This document shows, piece by piece, positions 27,013-31,147 of a DNA stretch of 31,147 bases. Source of the DNA: a virus; UHGV virus genome UHGV-0038737. One strand, 5' to 3'. A program made the position numbers and the translations under genes. The notes under the pieces are model-generated. The model ran no database searches, was not told the origin of the DNA, and worked only from the letters and a program-made list of their open reading frames with translations. Numbering within the stretch: the stretch's first letter is position 1; each line of letters opens with the position of its first letter.

Positions 27013-27213
27013 TCAGTACGTGTAAAGTTGATGACTTGTAGTTTGGTTTTGCTTCGATTGTGTAGCGGTACCTTGTGAGTACCAAACACCTGTGTTTCCA
27101 CTCGTACTAGTTTGCTGTGCCATTACACGAGAAGCGAAGTTGTTAACAGTTTCACCAGTCAACATTTCTGCCGGTTTGATATTGTAAACATCGTAGAACT
27201 CAGCTGGGGTCAT
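27013..27213 (-). CDS. Small protein (66 aa) with Gln/Ser/Thr-rich tail, first gene of the protease operon
   Basis: ORF MTPAEFYDVYNIKPAEMLTGETVNNFASRVMAQQTSTSGNTGVWYSQGTATQSKQNQTTSHQLYTY. Strong RBS AAAGGAG 8 nt upstream. Stop 3 nt before the protease ATG. Confidence 0.6.
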   Translation of the reverse strand: MTPAEFYDVYNIKPAEMLTGETVNNFASRVMAQQTSTSGNTGVWYSQGTATQSKQNQTTSHQLYTY

Positions 27214-27235
27214 AATGATAGCTCCTTTTATAGCG

Positions 27236-27296
27236 CTACATATAGTGCCTGTGCCAAGGGGGACATACTATATGTGCCATTGTTGTCATATTTAAA
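27236..27296 (-). promoter_or_regulatory. Putative promoter/operator region of the small-protein/protease operon
   Basis: Lies between an upstream terminator and the RBS. Contains repeated TGGCAC and ATATAGT-like motifs and candidate -35 (ATGACA) and -10 (TATAGT) elements. Exact promoter not resolved. Confidence 0.3.
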
Positions 27297-27302
27297 TGTG
27301 CA

Positions 27303-27324
27303 AAAAGCCTCAAAAGAGGCTTGA
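27303..27324 (-). terminator. Rho-independent terminator insulating the lysis cassette from the downstream moron
   Basis: Minus-strand RNA AAGCCUC-UUUU-GAGGCUU followed by UUUGCACAUUU. Confidence 0.5.
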
Positions 27325-27583
27325 AAAAGATGCAAAAATACTATCTATGACGTGACTATAGCTACTTACCCACAGTTTATACAAGCCAAAAATGCTAAAT
27401 TCAGATAATCCTATTCGCTGAAAAACTACACAAAAGCTACGTTCATCTTGTCATTAGATAACGTCAGTAACTTTCACTGGATCTAAGCCATTGGTGAAAA
27501 AGCTAATTGCATGATGAAGCACTGTAATGTAGCAGTTGAGGTTGTTAAATGAGAATCACCCTAACAATGTCAACGGACATTAT

Positions 27584-28099
27584 TCATTTTCGTAACTTCT
27601 CAATCTCTCGTATACCCGCCAGGTTATTGTTGCCCTTCTCAATAACAGCCAGCAAAGGTTCAATCCAGAGGACGGCCTGGCAATACGTCATTGAGCTGGC
27701 GGCAGCGGTACTATCATCGGTTGCGTTAGTGTTCCCGGTATCGGGGTGCATTGCGCTGGCACGTAAACGGTACGCGTATTTGAGCAGCCCACCAGCGACA
27801 TCAGCAGGAACAGGCAGATCACAGGTCTTTTCACGTCGGAGAATCTCCCGGTATTCGATGACAGTTTCTTCGGTGCTGGTGTCGATCAGGGAGTTTAGCC
27901 TGTTGGCATGTTCTGCAACCTGATTGAATCGATTGAAGTTGAATGCCTGGGTGGCGATCACCTGCCCCTGCATAGAGTTGTCACTTCGCAGAACGTCGTT
28001 ATCGCTCTGAAGGCGACTGGCGTTGGAGCAACTCTTAGCGAGAGCGACCGAAAGGACAGCAATAACAACAACGCCTATAAGACCCGGATTAATTTTCAT
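27584..28099 (-). CDS. Rz: Rz-like inner-membrane spanin (i-spanin)
   Basis: MKINPGLIGVVVIAVLSVALA N-terminal transmembrane segment then coiled-coil-like region. Starts 1 nt after the endolysin stop. Confidence 0.75.
   Translation of the reverse strand: MKINPGLIGVVVIAVLSVALAKSCSNASRLQSDNDVLRSDNSMQGQVIATQAFNFNRFNQVAEHANRLNSLIDTSTEETVIEYREILRREKTCDLPVPADVAGGLLKYAYRLRASAMHPDTGNTNATDDSTAAASSMTYCQAVLWIEPLLAVIEKGNNNLAGIREIEKLRK
27688..27834 (-). CDS. Rz1: Rz1-like outer-membrane lipoprotein spanin (o-spanin), embedded in Rz, GTG start
   Basis: In the +1 frame inside Rz: (M)KRPVICLFLLMSLVGCSNTRTVYVPAQCTPIPGTLTQPMIVPLPPAQ*, with lipobox LVG-C, Pro-rich mature part and GGGAG upstream. Found by hand translation; not in the ORF track. 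Confidence 0.6.
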   Translation of the reverse strand: MKRPVICLFLLMSLVGCSNTRTVYVPAQCTPIPGTLTQPMIVPLPPAQ

Positions 28100-28644
28100 T
28101 GGTCTAACCCCCAGCACGCCAGCGCGCTTTCCTGGTCCCGTCGCTCAACCTGACCATAGCAGCCATTCTTCTGGCCTTTGGTTAGACGACAATCACGGCC
28201 ACCGTCTTTAATCCACCAGCGGATTGCCTCGCATGCACCGATGCGGTCACCTGCGTTGATGCGCTTATAGAAGGTCGATGGGAAGCATTTACCGGGGCCG
28301 ATGTTATATGGGCAGAAAGAAGCGATACCCGCTTTCTGTGGTTCGGTCAGTGGTACTTTGATATTTCGGTCAACCCACGCCAGCGCCTTGTCGCGTTCAA
28401 TGGCGTTTACCTGGGCGCATTTCTCAGCTGACAGCTTCATGCCCTGTACTACTGGCTTGCCATCAACCATTGTTGCACCACGGCAAATGGTCCAGAGTCC
28501 GCCGCCGTCGCGATATGCTGTCAAGCTGTTACCCTCTTTCTCATCCAGAAACTGATCGAGAATCACGGGTGCGGAAGCCCCGGCAAGAATCAAACCAACG
28601 ACCGCTGCGCTCAATTTATTCTTCAGCTTTAGAGACATAGCCAT
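28096..28644 (-). CDS. Endolysin, T4-lysozyme-like (GH24), with N-terminal signal-anchor-release (SAR) segment
   Basis: MAMSLKLKNKLSAAVVGLILAGASAPVILDQ then DEKEGNSLTAYRDGGGLWTICRG (Glu-Asp-Thr catalytic pattern). Confidence 0.9.
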   Translation of the reverse strand: MAMSLKLKNKLSAAVVGLILAGASAPVILDQFLDEKEGNSLTAYRDGGGLWTICRGATMVDGKPVVQGMKLSAEKCAQVNAIERDKALAWVDRNIKVPLTEPQKAGIASFCPYNIGPGKCFPSTFYKRINAGDRIGACEAIRWWIKDGGRDCRLTKGQKNGCYGQVERRDQESALACWGLDQ

Positions 28645-28894
28645 TGCGCCGATCCTCCCGTTCTTTCCAGCGGAAATACCAGTTCACTGCACAGGTGATT
28701 ACCGTGCATGCGATACCGACAATAATTGCCCAGTCGCTCAGGCTTAACCCTGCAATTCTGTCGGCCAACATCCAGGACACCTCTTTTGCTGTTTTAGCTG
28801 TTTCGGCGTATGCCTTCGCTGATACACCGCAGCCGGTCAGCGTGGTGCCTGTTCCATATGAAAGTCTGCTGTAAATGGTGCTCATTCTGGTCAT
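28616..28894 (-). CDS. Holin (probable pinholin partner of the SAR endolysin) with dual-start motif
   Basis: MTRMSTIYS... (Met1-Thr-Arg-Met4) with transmembrane segment LSDWAIIVGIACTVITCAVNWYF and charged C-terminus. Strong SD GGAGGTGA. Overlaps the endolysin start. Confidence 0.65.
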   Translation of the reverse strand: MTRMSTIYSRLSYGTGTTLTGCGVSAKAYAETAKTAKEVSWMLADRIAGLSLSDWAIIVGIACTVITCAVNWYFRWKEREDRRNGYVSKAEE

Positions 28895-29329
28895 AGCCTC
28901 ACCTCCGATTCTTCGGATGGCGCTGTGTGTGTATGAAAAGGGTCAGGCTTCACGGGCTGGATTTATCAACAAAGCACGTAGCGGATGATCCCCGAGAGGC
29001 CTGAAATAGAAAAGATAGGGCGTACCGGTCAAGATGGCGTGTCGCGTTGAGCTTTCGCTGTTATGATCCTAGTCTGGATTAGTTGCGGCGCCGGCGCTTA
29101 TTATTGGTTTGCCTCATAGGTCTGCATTTCACAGCAATTGAAAGAGTATTCCTCACAGGCCTTGTGCTGCACATCCAAACGCTCTGTCCATTGCGAAAAT
29201 ATCTTGCGATAAGAAGTAATTAAATTTTGACTTTTCATTAGATAAATGAATTTCTGATTGAGGATACTTTCACTAAATGAGATTTTAATGACGAATCTGA
29301 AAGATCAAATTACCTAAAGGATAATCAAA

Positions 29330-29827
29330 GTGAACAATTTTATTCAAGCTTTAGATGTTTCGATTAAAACCCAAAATTGGTACTCAGTATTATTTATATC
29401 GCTTACGCTGCCAGACATTTTCGGGAAGATTGATGAACCAAACAAAGGATCGCAGGCAAGAACTGTTAATTGGTACAACAAGTACATGAAAGATATGTAT
29501 ACACATCATATCGGCCCCGATCGCCTAGAGCATACATTCCTAAGCGGCAACGACTTTTATGCACTTCGCTGCGCATATCTTCACGAAGGAAGTGACGATA
29601 TTAGAAATCAGAGTGCTCAAGATGTTTTAGAAAAATTTGAATTCGTCCAGCCAATAAGTAATCAAAGCCTACACTGCAACCAATTTAATCAAATGCTTCT
29701 ACTGCAGGTTGATCGATTTGGGAAAGATGTGATGTCAGCTGTTGGCTCATGGCTAAAAGATATTGAGGGTGATGTAGAAAAAACAAACAAACTCAATGAG
29801 TTATTAAAAATAAAAATAATACCATGA
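29330..29827 (+). CDS. Hypothetical 165-aa protein, antisense AT-rich moron between Q and the holin; possible HEPN-like fold
   Basis: GTG start with AAAGGA RBS. Very AT-rich relative to flanking phage DNA. Contains an R-x4-H motif (R80-CAYL-H85). Confidence 0.55.
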   Translation: MNNFIQALDVSIKTQNWYSVLFISLTLPDIFGKIDEPNKGSQARTVNWYNKYMKDMYTHHIGPDRLEHTFLSGNDFYALRCAYLHEGSDDIRNQSAQDVLEKFEFVQPISNQSLHCNQFNQMLLLQVDRFGKDVMSAVGSWLKDIEGDVEKTNKLNELLKIKIIP

Positions 29828-29892
29828 GTAAATATTATTTAGTATTGATCTCGAATTCGATGAAACTAACTTACTGAGCGCACCCTTACCTC

Positions 29893-29930
29893 TAAAAACT
29901 AAAAAGCCCAAGGCGCTAACCTCGGGCTTA
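29893..29930 (-). terminator. Late terminator (tR'-like) downstream of Q
   Basis: Minus-strand RNA AAGCCCGAGG-UUAGCG-CCUUGGGCUU followed by UUUUUAGUUUUUAG, about 70 nt after the Q stop. Confidence 0.6.
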
Positions 29931-29997
29931 AAAACTCATTTACTGCCTGTGCATACAACAATGGCACAATATCAGATTTACACGAAATGTAAGCTAT

Positions 29998-30687
29998 TTA
30001 ATTGACTTTTGCAATACCCTGCTGGGAATAAGTCGCCTTTTGTTGTGATCGTGTTCTCACAGTGCAAAGCAGAGATTCGCTATCGAGCCCCTTAAAGATG
30101 CTGCACATAACTCGCCAGTAGTCCGCGTAATTGTGGCTCCAGTTGTCCGGTTTGACACCACACATAGCAGCTAAGTCCTGTTGCTGATAAACATCACGAC
30201 CAGCCAGTTCCGCCTTCACATCCTGCGCAGCCAGCCAGATTAATGCCTTCAGGCGCTCCAGGGTTTTCCCAGCTATTTTGCGCGCCCCCATCTGGGACTT
30301 GAATTCATCCCACGCCCACTGAGTAATCAACACCTGATTATCCCAGCGCACATTCTCGCTGTAGTTCCATAACAGCCACGCCTTTTGGTGTTCTTCGAGT
30401 GACATCAGTGCGCGGCGCCACGATGAGGTGGAGTATTCAACCGGCTGCACCAGCGGAATATGCGATCCCTTAGCATGCGACTGTTTACCGGGGATTGGCG
30501 GGTTATCCAGAGTTATCATCTCGCCAGTAACCTCATCCTTCACCTTCATCTTCTTCCGCTTAAAGGTACCGGTATCGAACTGCGCGTTCTCAAGCCAGGC
30601 CATTAACTGCCCTTTCGTCGCACCACTCAGATCGGCGGTGGCCACTATCAGCTGCTGGCGCACGTATTCGAGAAATTGAGTGTTCAT
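29998..30687 (-). CDS. Q: Late-gene antiterminator Q-like protein
   Basis: 229-aa ORF in the canonical position between rusA/ylcG and the late terminator/lysis genes. Assignment is mainly positional. Confidence 0.6.
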   Translation of the reverse strand: MNTQFLEYVRQQLIVATADLSGATKGQLMAWLENAQFDTGTFKRKKMKVKDEVTGEMITLDNPPIPGKQSHAKGSHIPLVQPVEYSTSSWRRALMSLEEHQKAWLLWNYSENVRWDNQVLITQWAWDEFKSQMGARKIAGKTLERLKALIWLAAQDVKAELAGRDVYQQQDLAAMCGVKPDNWSHNYADYWRVMCSIFKGLDSESLLCTVRTRSQQKATYSQQGIAKVN

Positions 30688-30821
30688 ACAGCACCGCCTA
30701 TGGTTTTGATGTAGTTCTTCAGTATTCGGTAGTCCGTCAGCACAGAGCCGGGGAAATGGTATAAGCGCAATCGCTGCCAGCGAACGCGGAGGTGATCGGC
30801 AAAGTAGGATTCGAATGTCAT
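30684..30821 (-). CDS. ylcG: YlcG-like small protein (45 aa)
   Basis: [49 protein letters not shown] overlaps at both ends (rusA stop and Q start). Resembles DLP12 YlcG as recalled. Not in the ORF track. Confidence 0.55.
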   Translation of the reverse strand: MTFESYFADHLRVRWQRLRLYHFPGSVLTDYRILKNYIKTIGGAV

Positions 30822-31147
30822 GCGGACTCCAGTTCAGTAATGGTCAGTTCAAGTCTGCCGCCTTTGACGACCGGCATTCTCTTCACGCTGTAGTAGTCGA
30901 CTTGTTGGTCATCGAGCCAGAACCCGGATTTCGTCAGGGCGTCGAACGCGGCCTTTTGCAGATTGTCCAGGTCGCGGCGGCGGCGATCCGGCATATGGCA
31001 CTCAATGCGTATTTTCACGGGTGTAGCCAGGCCGATATCCAGCATTGAGTCTTTGATGATTCTGGCGACACTGTCGCGGTACGCCTGCCCCTCTGTGCTG
31101 ATGTGCGTGCGCCCGCGGTTATGCCGGTAGTAGCGGTTGTTGCTCGG
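30818..31147 (-). CDS. rusA: Holliday junction resolvase RusA (5' end beyond the window edge)
   Basis: ...[75 protein letters not shown] matches the RusA C-terminal two-thirds. The frame stays open to position 31147. Confidence 0.9.
   Translation of the reverse strand, partial: PSNNRYYRHNRGRTHISTEGQAYRDSVARIIKDSMLDIGLATPVKIRIECHMPDRRRRDLDNLQKAAFDALTKSGFWLDDQQVDYYSVKRMPVVKGGRLELTITELESA

Noticed and set aside
27549-27923. 124-aa plus-strand ORF overlapping Rz
   Set aside because: Antisense to Rz/Rz1, with no RBS and no recognisable product. Treated as spurious.
29085-29097. GC-rich palindrome GCGCCGGCGC in the AT-rich region upstream of the holin
   Set aside because: Too short to interpret as an operator or restriction-related feature. 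Noted only.
1-31147. Search for tRNA genes, Hin-type (hix/gix-like) crossover sites and an attachment site
   Set aside because: No convincing T-loop or acceptor-stem pattern and no paired 26-bp crossover sites were found by eye. The prophage end (att) appears to lie beyond the window start, and a computational scan is needed.

Overview
The window is almost entirely one lambda-like (lambdoid) enterobacterial prophage, lying inverted so that nearly every gene is on the minus strand. From right to left it carries rusA (cut by the window edge), a ylcG-like small ORF and a Q-like antiterminator; a late terminator; an AT-rich antisense single-gene moron; a holin / SAR-endolysin / Rz-Rz1 lysis cassette; an AT-rich two-gene moron (small protein plus ClpP-fold SDH-family serine protease) with its own promoter region and terminators; a KilA-N protein; a three-gene cluster of unknown function with two G8 homopolymer tracts; cos; and a lambda-type late operon Nu1-A-W-B-C/Nu3-D-E-FI-FII-Z-U-V-G-T-H-M-L-K-I-J. 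Beyond J lie two small tail-region ORFs, a lipoprotein moron, a tail fibre with its Tfa chaperone, a LexA-box-controlled divergent pair (dinI-like gene and a 99-aa ORF) and a Hin/Gin/Pin-family serine invertase. No rRNA, tRNA or CRISPR array was seen. The best candidates for an undescribed accessory system are the protease operon (26062-27330), the antisense 165-aa gene between Q and the holin (29330-29827), and the phase-variable-looking three-gene cluster beside cos (23268-24869). All calls come from reading the six-frame translations and the DNA by eye; family assignments rest on remembered similarity to lambda and relatives and were not confirmed by any search.
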